Shown piece by piece: positions 24,060-37,833 of a stretch of 64,000 nt of DNA. Source of the DNA: Okamejei kenojei. Taxonomy: Eukaryota. The stretch's first letter is position 1; each line of letters starts with the position of its first letter. Under the pieces are notes generated by a model. The model was not told where the DNA came from. It did not search any database and was given only the letters and a program-made list of their open reading frames with translations. The stretch is from the NCBI GenBank assembly GCA_035221665.1, contig CM069147.1, positions 19,778,001 through 19,842,000 of the forward strand. The letters run 5' to 3'. The position numbers were made by a program, and so were the translations under genes.

Positions 24060-26172
24060 AACATAGAACTGTAGAGCACAGGAACAGGCCCTTCGGAAAC
24101 AATGTCTGCGCCAAACATGATGCCACTGTAAACCAATCTCATTTGCCTGCACACTTCCCATATCCCTTAATTCTCTGCATATCCATGTACCTATCTAAAA
24201 ACCCATTAAAGACTACTATCGTATCTGCTTCCACCACCCTGTCAACATGGTCCAGGCACCCAATACCCTTTGTGCAAAAAGCCTGTCCCACATATCTTTA
24301 AACTTTGCCCCTCTCACTTTAAAACTATGCCGTCTAGTCTGACATTTCCACCCCGCGGAAAAATGTTCTGGCTGTCTACCCTATCTATGCCTCTCATAAC
24401 TTTATATACTTCTATCAGGTCAACCTCTTCCCTCAACCTCCGATGCTCCAGAGAAAATTATTTGTGTCTGTCCAATCACTCCTTATAATTAATACCCTCT
24501 AATCCAGGCAGCAGTCTGGTAGACCTCTACTGCACCTTTTCCAATGCCTTCACTAATCTTCCTGTAACAGGACCACGTGTAATATTCCAAATGTGGCCTA
24601 ATCAAAGTGTTACAGTGTTGCATCACAACTTCCCAACTCATACTCATTGCCCCAGCCACTAAAGGCAAACATACAATATGCCTTCTTTACCTTTCTACTT
24701 GAGTTACCACCGTGAGGGTGTTATGGACATGGACCTCAAGATCCTTCTGTACATCGAAGCTGTTAATTGCCTTGTCATTCACTGTATACTTTCTGCGTAC
24801 ATTCCTCCTCCTAACGTGCAACACCTCAAACTTCCTTGAACTAAACTCTGCCATCTTCTGCCAATTTCTGAAGGTGATCTATATCCCGCTGTTACTTGGC
24901 AGCCTTCCTCACCAATAATCATGAAATCTGCAAAGTTACTAACCAATCCATTTATATTTATGTCCAAGTCACTTGTATATCTATATTACTAAAAGGCTGA
25001 TCTTGACCACTTCCTGTTGTTCAATGCTGCCACTTACAGCTGTGACTTTTGGCCTCCCCCTCCGCTGCGCAGGAGAAGAGGATTTTTCCCATCTGAGATT
25101 CTCTCTCTCCTGAAGGCCACGCCCCTTAGGGACTATAAAACCCAGAAGTGTTTGAGTGCCTGTCAGTCTCTGCAAGATCAAGAGGGTCACGTCCCTCAGT
25201 CTGAGCTGTGAATTACACAGAACACATGTCTACTAAACTGAGTGGTTTTGAAATGCCAAAGTTGCCTTGCCTTTGGTTTGGAAATGCTAAAGTTGCCTTG
25301 CCTTTGGTTTGGAAATGCTAATGTTGCCTTGCCTAATTAAAGTTGCCTTGCCTAATTAAAGCTGCCTTGCCTAATTAGAGTCGCCTTGCCTTCTAAATAA
25401 TTAAAAGTCTAATCTTGACCACTTCCTGTTTGCACTTTATATTGATTTTAGAAAACACGCTACCACGTACAATGGTGATTTTTTTCCATCTTACTCAAAG
25501 TCCCCCTCCGCTCATCAGGTTCCGAGGATTTTTCCCATCGATGAAAAATAAAAGAGCTATTAGTGTTCAAAAAAAATGTTGAGATTCTCTCTCATGTCAA
25601 TCATGCCATGAAGGCCACGCCCCTTCTGGTGGGAGGGAGAGGGAATGTAAAACACAGAAGTGTGGGCGTGGCTCAGTCTCTGCAAGATGGAAGAGGGCGA
25701 GGTCACGACTCGCTGTCTTTAGCGGCCTTGCACCGTGCTTGAAATGATATGAAACTGCACTTGAATTTGGTGGCCTTGCACCCTGCTTGAAGTGGTAAGA
25801 AACTGCACTTGAATTTGGTGACCTTGCACCCTGCTTGAAATGGAATTTCAAGGGATAGCTGTGAGTCAACTGCCAGCCCACCAGCCGTGAGTGACTGTGC
25901 TGCCAGCACAACAGGCTTGAGTGACCAGCCCAATAATCCATTCAGTCCACAATGTCCCTACTAGCCCTCTGGGAACCAGTCCCACAACACCCATACTAGC
26001 GTTCCAGAAATCCCCCCCCTAACCCCCCCCCCCCCCCACTGGCCACTGATATTGGAATTGGTGGAGGGGTGGAATATTGCGTTGGGGGACCAGTCCTCCT
26101 GTGTGATGCTGGGACCCAACAGGTCCCACAGGCAAGTAACTTATAAAACTCTGTGGTTTTATAAGTTACTAG

Positions 26173-26242
<70 letters not shown>

Positions 26243-29130
26243 TTTTCACATGTGATTCACATCTGCTTGAATAGGCCAACGCGGTAACATTTTTACGTTT
26301 TCCGGTTGAGATTTACCGCATGATTTCAAAAATCCCCTCATCTGAAAATTTGAATAATTATTTCCCGAGTTTCTTTAGTAAAATTGTTCAGCAATGACAT
26401 CTTTTTAAAATCTAACTGCTGACCTCGAAAACCCGATGCAGTAACGGTGAAATGTTTACATATTCCGGTAGAGATTTACCTCATGATTTCAAAAATCCCC
26501 TCATCCCTTCATCCGTCCCCTCAACCATGCGTTGAGGGGACGGGACCCAACGGGTCCTCCTTGGTCTAGTATATATAACCCACAAACAACAGAGGTGGCA
26601 GCGCAGATCCCAGTAGAATTCCAATGGTCCCAGAAGAACACACTTCCCCTATAAGACTGTCTTCTATGAATAAGCCAATTCTGAATGGATATGACCAAGT
26701 CACTGTGAATCCCGTGCCTACCATGGGAGACTTTATCAAATGCCTTACTAAAATCCATGTAGACAATATCCACTGTCCTGCCCTCACCGATCGTCTTTCT
26801 CATCTTAAAAAACATGATCAAATTAAAAATACATGACCTGCCTATGTACAAAGCTATGCTGACTGTCCCCAATTAGCCCATTCTTTTCCAAATGGGAGTA
26901 AATCCAATCTCAAAGAATTCCTAACACTGACGAGAGGCTTACCAGCCTATAATTCCTTGGATTCTCTCTAATTCTCATTTTAAACAAGGGAACAACACTG
27001 GATACGCTCCAGTCCTCTGGTCCTTGTGTATGACTAGAGTAGGTACAAATATCTTCATCAAAGTCCTTGCAATCTCACCTCTCTTAATATCCTTGAATAG
27101 ATAGATCCCCAGACCCTGGGGATTTATCCATTTTGATGCTCTTCAAGACCCCCAACACCATCTCCTTGATCTCAGATTGCCCTTGAATATATTAGTATTC
27201 TCCACACTGATTTCACTTATCCTCCATATCTTTCACCTTGATGATTACATATGCGAAATATTTGTTTAGTATTTCGTCTACATACTCAGAGTCCAAGCAC
27301 AAATTCCCTCCTCTATCCTTGAGAGGTACTACCTTCTCCCTGTTTTCCTTTTGTTTTTAATGCAGGTGTTAAAGGCCTTGGGATTTTCCTTAATCAGTGT
27401 GGTCTGAAGAAGGGTCTCGATCCAAAATATCACCCATTCCTTCTATCCAGAGCTGCTGCCTGTCCCGCTCCAGCACTATATGTCTAACTTTTGTCAAAGA
27501 CAGTTCATGACCTCTTCTAAGCATTGATTTCATCTTCTTAAACCTTCCTTTTTATTTTTGATGCTATTTACCTCATTGGTCATCCAAGGTTTGTATACCT
27601 TGACATCCTTATTCTTCCTTACTGGAACATGCTGGTGTTGTATTTTGATCAGCTGGCCTTTAAACAACACCCACATACCAGATGTGGATTTATGCAATAA
27701 CTGATCCCAAGTAATTGTCCCTTGCTCCTGCCTAACAATATTGTAATCTGCCTTAATCCATTTTAGCACCTTCCCAAAGGTCCAGACTCATTCCCATTCA
27801 AAACAATCTTAATATTTATGCTGCGAGTTATGTTCACTATCCCAAAAATGTTTCTGGCCTGGCCAGGCTCAATTCCCAATACCAGGTCCAGTATCGTCCC
27901 TCCTCCAGTTCAACTGCCCACAAACTTATAGGAAACCCTCTTGCATACATCTAACATATTCTGCCCTGTCTAGGTCTTTAGCACTGTAATTCCCAGTCAA
28001 TATTGGGGAAGTTAAAGTACTCAACTACAACAGCCCTGTTGTTTTCATAAATTAATTAGTGATTGGAGTAGAATTAGGCCTCTCGGCACATCAAGTCTAC
28101 TTCACCATTCAATCATAGCTGATCTATCTTTCCCTCCTAACCCCGTTCTCTTGCCTTCTCCCAATAACCACTGACACCCGTACTAATCAAGAATCTATCT
28201 ATCTCTGTCTTAAAATATCCATTGACGACCTCCACAGCCTTCCGTGGCAACAAATTCCACAGATTCACCACCCTCTGACAGAAGAAATTCCGAATTTCCT
28301 TCCTATAGGAACATCCTTCGATTCTGAGGTTATGACCTCTGGTCCCAGACACTCCCGTAAGTGGAAACAGCCTCACCACATCCATTCTATCCAGGCCCCA
28401 GTTTTTGCGTAATTCGGTGACCTGCCCAAATATCCGATGCTCTATCTCTCGCTGGCTATTGGGAGGCCTTTAGTCTCATTGGAGTGATTGCACATTTCTT
28501 ATTTTTGAGCTCTACCCTTTTGTCTCGGTAGACAAACCCTTCAGTATGTCCTCTCTGAGTGCCGCTGTGGCATTCTCCCTGATTAATAAAGCGACCCCAC
28601 CACCTTCCTCTCTATTGTGTCTGAAACATCGAAACCCGGGAACGTTAAGCTGCCAGTCATATCTCTCTGGTACCCAAGGCTACATTTATTCTTCCAAACA
28701 TTGAACCAGGCTCTAAGTTCATCCACTTTACCCATTTATCCCTTGCATTGAAGTAAAGGCCATCAGTTTCACCAATGTTCATTAACCTAATTTGCCTGTC
28801 TTCCTCTGAGACTCACCGATCCTAACCTTTACCTTCACATCAGTCCTTTCATTTGCTGTCCTCTTTTTCCAGTTCCCTTAGTTTTTCCAAGAAATGTCAT
28901 CAAGACCTTCCAAGAGCAGTGCCTCGAATCTGCTGCCAACATTTAGTTGCCTCTCCAGTTTAATCATTTCTGACTAGCAACAGCGAACATTCCTGAAAGG
29001 ATATTGGGTCCCCTCCAGTTCAAGTGCAACTTGTCCCTCGTGTACAAGTCCCGTCTGTCCCATAAGAGATACGAATTATCCAAAAATGAGAATTCCCCAT
29101 TCCTGCATTAACTTCTCAGTCATGCATTCA
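24060..29130 (-). mobile_element. Long degenerate CR1 LINE with nested insertions
   Basis: Minus-strand remnants VDIVYMDFSKAFDKV and GLVSNFAD; interrupted by a Helitron (24980-26569), a Penelope tail (~27400) and another CR1 (28055-28400). Confidence 0.75.
24980..26569 (+). mobile_element. Complete non-autonomous Helitron
   Basis: A|TC start; 3' hairpin ggaccc-aac-gggtcc then CTAG|T; inserted at AT with no TSD; contains (TG)n at 26175-26240. Confidence 0.85.
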
Positions 29131-29134
29131 TCTA

Positions 29135-29822
29135 AGATAGACACAAAAATGTTGGAGTAACTCAGGCAGCATCTCTGGATAGAAGGAATGGGTGACGTTT
29201 TCGGGTCGAGACCCTTCTTCAGACTGAGTCAGGGGAGAGGGAGATAGAGATATGGAAGTGTAAGGTGTGAAAACGAGATGAGTTAACCAGTGACCCAGAC
29301 CGTTCCCTCCATAACTCCCTGGTTAACTCGGCCCTTCCCACCCATACCACCCCCTCCAGGTACTTTCCCCTGCAATCGCAGGAGATGCAACACCTGTCTC
29401 TAAACCTCCCTCCTTGATTCCGTCCAAGGACCCCAACAGTCTTTTCAGGTGAGGCAGAGGTTCACGTACCTCCTTCAACCTCATCTACTGTATCCGCCTG
29501 TTGCAGGAGTGGACTCCTATATATCAGCAAGACCAAGCGCAAGCGAAGCGATCGTTTCGTTGAATACCTCTGCTCAGTCTGCCTAAACCTACCTGATCTT
29601 CCGGTTGCTAAATACGTTAACTCCCCCTCCCATTCACACACTGATCTTTCTGTTCTGGGCCTCCTCCATTGTCAGAGTGAGACCCAGCACAAATTGGAGG
29701 AACAACACCTCATATTTCGCTTGGAATATAAAAGCTTACACTCCCCCCCCCCCAGCAGTAAGAATATTGACTTCTCTAACTTCAAGTAACCCTTGCTTTC
29801 TCTCCGTCTCCATCCCTCCCCC
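29135..29822 (+). mobile_element. Penelope-like insertion with inverted 5' tail copy
   Basis: Minus-oriented tail (29135-29280) followed by + oriented, decayed GIY-YIG region (29300-29790). Confidence 0.75.
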
Positions 29823-30039
29823 CATTACACTATATATTAATGATTTACAAGAAGGGATTACAAGTAACATTAGCAAATTTGCAGATAACACAAAGCTGGG
29901 TGGCAGTGTGAAGTGTGAGGAGGATGCTATGAAAATGCAAGGTGACTTGGACAGGTTGGGTGAGTGGCAGATGCAGTTTATATGTGGATAAATGTGAGGT
30001 AGATAAATAGGAAGGCATATTTTATCTAAATGGTGTCAA

Positions 30040-33000
30040 ACACGTCCGGTGATGCCATGACAGTGAAGGCTGTGTAATCGACCTGCTCTCCGGAAGGCCC
30101 TCTTCAAACCAGCCATAAGAAAGAAAAAGACTGTGACTTACGAGGAGAAAGGAGTGCTAACGGCTGTCTGAACATGATGGGTCGACATAAGGCGTCCGAG
30201 CGCGGAGAAAAAGGAAAGAATGAAGGTCAGAAACTGACAGACTCCCTGCAAGATAACGCCCAGTCCGACAAGGAAAGCCCGTTAATTCTCTCTGAGTTGA
30301 GAGAGTTGAGAAAAGAACACAAAGAAGCCTCAGAAGATACCAAACAGAGATTAACGAGAGTGGAGGATAAATTGAAGGATTTAACAACTCGAATGGAAAA
30401 GTTGGAAGAAAAATTGAAGGAAACGGAGGTCAAAGTTCAACAGAAGATAAGGAAATGAGACACGAGAGACTGATTAACTACCTGTTTCAGAGAGAAGCTA
30501 AGTTAGCAGAGAAATGCCTGGACCCGGAAAATCGAGCGAGGCGTAAAAATGTGCGGATATATGGAGACAAAGAGGGAAAGGAAAAAAAAGGACATGTTCC
30601 AGTTTGTAAATGAACTGTTGAGGAATTCTCTAGAACTCCCAGAAGATTTAACTATTAATATAGAGAGAGCGCACAGGTCCTTCGCACCAAGATCTATAAT
30701 AGTCAGATTTTTAGACTATTATACGAAAGATCTCGTGTTGCAACAGGCTTGGAAGCAGCGAAAGATAATATATGATGGGGACGGAGTGTATTTTGATCAA
30801 GACTACTCACCAGAAGTCCAGAGAAAGCGTAAGGAGGTACGACAGGTGATTAAGCAACTGCGGGAGGAAAATATTAAAGCCAAGTCTCCATTCCCTGCAC
30901 AGCTCAAGATCTTCCTAGATTCTGGAGGTTAAATCCTTCAGCACATTGACTGAGGCAGTACCTACACTGGAGAAGATGGGGATTTACATCAGATTGGAGT
31001 CCAGAGGTGTGTTGAATAGAGAACTGCTGCGAGGCCAATGGTCAGGGGGAACGAATAAAGCAAGCGGCCAGAGAGGATTGGCAAATCTGTCAGAGGAAGA
31101 TCTTCGCACCATACTGGGTATCAAAGGAGATGGACAAGTTTGAAATAACCACAGAAACGTGGGTCATATGTGCAAATGGTAAAATGTCTGAAAGAGACCA
31201 TTGAGTTAATGAAGTGGACAATTAACATCTATACAATCAGAAAAAGTATAAGATGAGACAAATAATATGTACATAGCTTGTACATATACTCTCTGGTCTT
31301 GTTTGTTGTCTTGATGAAGGGTAATTATGCCACGTTTTAGAGCACATATACGGTTGGTTTTGTAATGTATTATATTTTCTAATTGATTTAAATGTACTAT
31401 CAAAGAGAGGGATTGAGGGGAGCTCTCTCGGGTGGGGGGGAGATACCTGCCATTTATTTTTTGTTTATAATTGTAATTCAAAAGTCCCAAAGTGGGATTT
31501 AGAGCAACCTTACTGTAGTTGCAACCACACATAAGTGGGCTACCCAGGAGAGACCTAGTCACATCTCTTCGCCTTTTTATGAGGAGCTGGTACACCAGTT
31601 AGTTCAGGTTGTGCAGGTCCTATGTGTAAAGTTTTATTGTATATTGATTAAATGCTTTGTTTATTGTTTATCGATTTGTTAGTTGGGCAAATGTTTTTCA
31701 TTGTTACATCGCATCCTAGTAAATTGTATTTTGAGTACAGTGGATATTCACAGGCTAACCAGAGCAAGAAAAAAAAATGGTATAGAAAGCAACAAGTAGA
31801 TTACACAACGTGGGATAATGACTAATTTAAAGAAAGTAATTTAAAGTTATAACATCCATGGTTTAAATCACCCCATAAATATGAGAATAATTCTGAGCCA
31901 ACTCAAAAATTTAGGATGTGGAGTTGCATTGATTCAGGAAACACATCTGGTGGAAACTGAACATAAAAAGCTTAGAAGAGAGTGGGTTGGTGAGGTATTT
32001 AGTGCCTCCTATGGGAAAAGGAGAGGAGTGGCTATCCTTTCCAATAGAAATGTAGTTTTCTCTGTGGAAAAAGTACTCCAAGATACATTGGGGAGATATG
32101 CAATGGTAATTGGTACAATAAGTGGGATGGTAGTATCGATTATAAATATTTATGCACCAACGGAAGATGATTACTCTTTCTTTAGAGACATTGCAAATAT
32201 AATTGCAGAAAATGCCAAAGGTATGATAATACTAGGTGGTGATTTCAATGCGGTCCTTGATGGGAGGCTGGATAGATTACCAGATGAGTACAACCAAACA
32301 AAAATAAATAAATAAATAAATAAATAATATACTAGGGGAGTTAGGATTAGTTGACTCGTGGAGATATAAAAATCCAAGGGGGAGGGATTATAGTTTATTT
32401 TCGAACGTGCACGGGAGTTACTCACGTATAGACATAATAAAATCAAAATATTATGAGAAGGCAAATAGGGTTAGTTGCCTTCTGGCATTTCAGTTGCGTA
32501 AGGAGCAAGCTAATCGAGTAGTTTCCAAAGTTCTACATCCGATTTCTAGAAATTTATTTTCACAACCACGAGAAATTACAGAAGCGTTTGCATCCTTCTA
32601 TGAACAGTTATATGACTCTCCTGAAATCATAGATAAAGAGGAAAAGATCAGAACTGTCTTTTCTGGATTAAAAATGCCCTGCCTTTTTCAAGAAGAAGCG
32701 AGAAATATGACAACACAAATAGAAGAGCAGGAAATAAAAGAAGTAATAAAAAAATGAAAGAACAACAAATCCCCAGGGACGGATGGGATTCCAGGAGAGT
32801 TTTATAAATATTTTGAGAACGAGCTTTCTCCGATTCTGGCTAGAAACTATAATTATGCGTTGGCTGAAGGTAACCCACCGAGATCATGGGCCGAGGCTAT
32901 AATCTCTGTTATTTATAAGGAAGGGAAGGATCCCACAGGATGTGAAGGCTACAGACCGATAAGTCTCTTATGCAATGACTTTAAGATACTCAGTGCTATA

Positions 33001-34954
33001 TTAACCAAGAGAACCCAAAAATTATAAAACAATTGATACATCCTGATCAAATAGGATTCATACTGGGCAGACTGGGAGCCAATAATATTGGGCAGGTCCT
33101 GAATATCATGACATGTGCAAAAAGGAAGCATCAGACTTCAATGTTATTAAGTTTAGATGCTCAAAAGGCTTTCGACAGAGTAGATTGGATCTATCTTGAA
33201 TTTACACTCGATAAAATGGGGTTCCACACAAAATGTATTAATTGGGTGAAAACATTATATTTAAATTCAAAGTCAAGAGTGAGGGTAAATGGATGTTGCT
33301 CTGAGTTTTTTTAATTAAAGAGGGGAGTGAGACAGCGAGACAGTTTGAGTCCCCTCCTTTTTGACCTATGTTTAGAGCCGCTTGCAGAAACTATTAGGCA
33401 AGATGACTATATTGAGGGCATTAAAGATGATCGGGGGGGGGGGGGGGGGGGGGAACAAAAAATTTCACTATTTGCAGATGATGTTATGATCTGAGTAATC
33501 CTATTTCCTCAGTGCCTCGCCTAATGCAAGTCTTACAGGAATATGGAGAAATATCGGGATATAAAATAAATGACTCAAAATCAGAAGCAATGACGCTGTC
33601 AGGTCTGTGGCCCTTGCAATTAAATGATCAGGTCAGGTTCCATTGGTCTCGGGAGGGTTTTAGATATTTAGGTATTGTTATCACTTCCTCTATCACCGCA
33701 TTGTATGAAGCTAACTATGGTAAATTACTCAAGAAAATTAAGGCAGACATGCACAGATGGGATATTCTCCCTTTATCTCTAATTGGTAGAATGGAGGTTG
33801 TTCGAATCAACATTTTGCCCCGACTGCTTTTCTTATTTCAATCTTTACCAGTAGGGGTCCCTGGCGTGGCATGAGACAAAGAGTTAACAAGATTTGTGTG
33901 GCAACATAAGAGACCCATAGTCAGACTTACGACACTGTTGTTATCGAAACAAAAAGGGGGCCTAAATATGCCCAACTTTAAATATTATTATTGGACAGTG
34001 CAGCTGAAAACCTTGATAGCATGGTTAACGAATGATGAGGAAACGGGATGGGTGAAAATAGAACAAAATGCATGTCCTTGTATTGCCCTGGCTGGGCTCC
34101 CATTTCTAACTCAAGTAAATTGGAAGAAATTAAAAGTAGATAACGATTGGATTAAATTCACGATGAAAACGTGGTTAGCTATCAGAAAGCAATTAAATCT
34201 TTTTAATTCGATATCTAAAGCAATGAAGATAGCTGCTAGTCCCAATTTTATACCCAGCAAAATTGATAAGGGATTTAGAAACTGGGCCAATAAAGGGCTT
34301 ATTACTGTGGACCAGCTTTTTTGTGGGGGTCTTGAAATCTTATGAGCACTTGCAGAATGAATTTGGACTGTCAGGGTAGGATTTCTTTAGGTTCCTCCAA
34401 ATACGGCATATTTTTTGGGATTGTCCCAAATTGTACCAATACTGGAGAGACATCCAGGTAGAGATTAAATTAATTCTGGGAGTGGATCTACCTCTGGAAC
34501 CGGCTTGTTTTATACTAGGAGATACTCCAGCAGTGACAGATATTCAAAATCAGAAATATTTGCTTGGGGTGATGCTGTTGATTGCTAAAAAGATGATAAC
34601 AGTGCTATGGAGAAAGGTAATGCCACCAAATGTTCAACAGTGGAGGGAAAGATTGAAAAATGTATACTTGATGGAATGTATAACTGCTAAACTCCAGTTG
34701 AGGACTGATGCCTTTAATATTATATGGAAACTGGTACAATTACCAATGCCAAGATTGATTGAGGATATGAATGGATGAGCTTGCTCTGGTGCCTGTGAAT
34801 AAGATGCTTCTATGATAGAATGTTGAGGATTTGATGCAATGCTAATAGAGGTTAGGTGATTTGTATTTTGTCATTTTGCGATTGTCTTTTGTGTGTCTCT
34901 TTGTTTTGTCTGTATATGTATTTTGTTATGTCAATAAATGTTGAGTTAAAAAAA
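30040..34954 (+). mobile_element. L1 LINE with both termini (ORF1 plus APE-RT ORF2), degenerate, inserted in a CR1
   Basis: TSD aaatggtgtcaa at 30028-30039 and 34955-34966; AATAAA and poly-A; ORF1 IERAHRS..PRSIIVRF; ORF2 LIQETHL, GGDFN, SPGTDG, LSLDAQKAFDRV, LFADD, FRYLGI. Confidence 0.92.
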
Positions 34955-35705
34955 AAATGGTGTCAAGTTGGGAAAAGGGGAAGTACAACAGGATCTGGGG
35001 GTCCTTGTTCATCAGTCAATGAAAGTAAGCATGCAGGTACAGCAGGCAGTGAAGAAAGCGAATTGCATGTTGGCCTTCATAACAAGAGGAGTTGAGTATA
35101 GGAGCAAAGAGGTCCTTCTGCAGTTGTACAGGTCCCTAGTGGGACCACACATGGAGCATTGTGTGCAGTTTTGGTCTCCAAATTTGAAGAAGGACACTTT
35201 TACTATTGAGGGAGTGCAGCGTAGATTCACAAGGTTAATTCCCGGGATGGTGGGATTGTCATATGCTGAGAGAAAGGAGCGCTTGGCCATGTATACTCTG
35301 GAATTTAGAAGGATGAGAGGGGATCTTATTGAAGCATATAAGATTATTAAGGGTTTGGACACACTAGAGGCAGGAAACATGCTCCCGTATGTTGGGGGAG
35401 TCCAGAACCAGGGGTCACAGTTTAAGAATAAGGGTAAGCCATTTAGAACGGAGATGAGGAGACACCTTTTCACACAGAGTTGTGAGTCTGTGGAATTCTC
35501 TGCGTCAGAGGGCTGTGGAGGCAGGTTCTCTGGATACTTTCAAGAGCGAGCTAGATAGGGCTCTTAAAGATGGCAGTGTCAGGGGATATGGGGAGAAGGC
35601 AGGAACGGGGTACTTATTGTGGATGATCAGCCGTGATCACATTGAATGGTGGTGCTGGCTCGAAGGGCCGAATGGTCTAATCCTGCACCTATTGTCTATT
35701 ATCTA
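34955..35705 (+). mobile_element. CR1 LINE 3' part (continues 29825-30039 across the L1)
   Basis: ISKFADNTKLGG upstream of the L1; DLGVLVHQS..KKAN..LVGPHMEHCVQFWSP downstream. Confidence 0.9.
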
Positions 35706-36605
35706 TTCCCAGTTCTCCAACATCTGACAGTCCTCGTTTACATTTTATCTGTTTGCTTTGTTGTTACCTTCTCCTTGCTAACAATGATCTATTCTACATT
35801 TTTCCTTGATCTCCATCCCGTCTTGTTTTCACGCCTTAAACTTTCTTATCTCTGAATCTCCCTCTCCCCCTTCTTCACTCAGTCTGAAGGGTCTTGACCC
35901 GAAATGTCACCCATTCTTTCTATCCAGAGATGCTGCCTGTCCCACTGAGTTACTCCAGCATTTTGTGTCTATCTTTGGTTTAAACCAGCATCTGCACTTC
36001 CTTCCTACACCATGCATTCATCTGTCCCATCTTCCTTTTCCTATCCTCAATAGCATGTTACACTGGGAGTAATCCAGAGATTACTGCTGATGTCAGCTAA
36101 TCTACATCGGTGAGACCAAGCGTAGGCTTGGCGGTCGTTTCGCCGCACACCTCCGCTCGATCCGCATTAACCAACCTGATCTCCCTGTGGCTCAGCACTT
36201 CAACTCCCCCTCTCATTCCGAATTCAACCTTTCGGTCCTGGACCTCCTCCATGGCCAGAGTGAGCACCACCGGAAATTGGAGGAGCAGCACCTCATATTC
36301 CACCTGGGGCAGTTTGCACCCTAGCGGCATGAACATTGACTTCTCCAATTTCCGGTAGCCCTTGCTGTCTCATTCCCTTCTCAGCTCCCCCTCAGCTCTC
36401 GGGCTCCTCCTCTTCCTTTCTCTTTTCTTCTTCCCGCCTGACCCCCCCCCCCCCCCCCACCCCCACCCTAGATCAGTCTGAAGAAGGGATTTGGCCCAAA
36501 ACTTTGCCTATTCCCTTCGCTACATCGATGCTGTCGTACCCGCTGAGTTTCTCCAGCATTTTTGTCTACCTTTGATTTTCCAGCATCTGCAGTTCCTTCT
36601 TAAAC
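35706..36605 (+). mobile_element. Penelope-like fragments
   Basis: Tail copy 35706-36010; IYIGETKRRLG...KLEEQHLIF region 36097-36358 followed by its tail. Confidence 0.8.
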
Positions 36606-37833
36606 ACTACCCTCGAGGTCCTGCTTATAAATCTATTGCCTAACTCTCTATATTTACCCTGCAGGACCCCTGATCTTGGTCCCTGGCACCAGGGAGGCAA
36701 AATACTATTCGATAGTCGGTGTTTGTTGCCACATAATCCAGCACAAAACACGTATCCTAAACTGAAGGGCAGGATGCATTTCATAACCAGCCTTGAGCTT
36801 TACGCCAGCCTTGGCTGCCATAAGTTGCATGATTCCATTTATTTGAACAGATCATAAATCTTGATTGGAAAGGTAAATGTACTCAGTGGTTTGTTTATTA
36901 TGTTCCTTATGTATTAATTAATTTCTGGTAGTGTAAAGTGTTATAAAATACTACTATCCAGGACCTTCCAGGGACTGTGCCTAGAATCTGCTGCCTGAGC
37001 CGAGGTTTAGGTTTATTGTTGGGAGTACTAACATGGCAGAACCTACACAGTGGATGGTAGGGCTCTGGGGAGTGTTGAGTGTTGGAGAGTACAGGTCCAT
37101 ACTTAATTGAAAGATGATCAAAAAGGCTTTTGGCACATTCGCTTTCATCAGTTCAGAGCATAGAGTATATAAATTGTAAGGTTATGTTACAGTTGTAAAA
37201 GACGTTGGTGAGGCCACATTTAGAATGTTGTGTTCAGTTTTGAGCACCATGTTGTAGGAAAGATATTCTCAAGCTGGAAAGAGTGCAGAGAAGGATTTAC
37301 GAGGATGTCGCCATGACTCGAGAGCCTGAGCTATAGAGAGAGGTTAAGCGGGCTAGAGCTCTATTCCTTGGAGCACAGGAGGATGTGCGGTGATCTCACA
37401 GAGGTGTACAAAATAATGAGAAGAATAGATCGGGGTAGACTCTGAGTCTCTTGCCCAGAGTAGGGGAATTGAGAACCAGAGGACATAGGTACAAGCTCAG
37501 GGGGGGAAGGATTTAATAGGAACCCGATGGGTAACTTTTTCAAAGTCCGCAATATGTTCAGAGGTGGATCAGACAGCACCCTAGTGTAGAGAAGGTACAC
37601 AGACACCTTAAAGCCTTCACTACTTTATTAAGCATACATTATATATAGCCCTGGCTGTACGTGGTCTGTCACGATCACTAGAGAGAGAGCTAGGGGCGTG
37701 TGGGTTACAATTATACTAACTGGTGGGGGAGTGGTTAGCATGGACATCGTTACTATCAATTAAAGGTGTACACACATATCATCTACATCCTTCCTCTACC
37801 AAAACAAACAGTGAGTGACAGGGCGACCACATC

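Noticed and set aside
33432-33454. Poly-G run in L1 ORF2 as a functional G-quadruplex
   Set aside because: Most simply a homopolymer expansion or sequencing artefact in a dead element.
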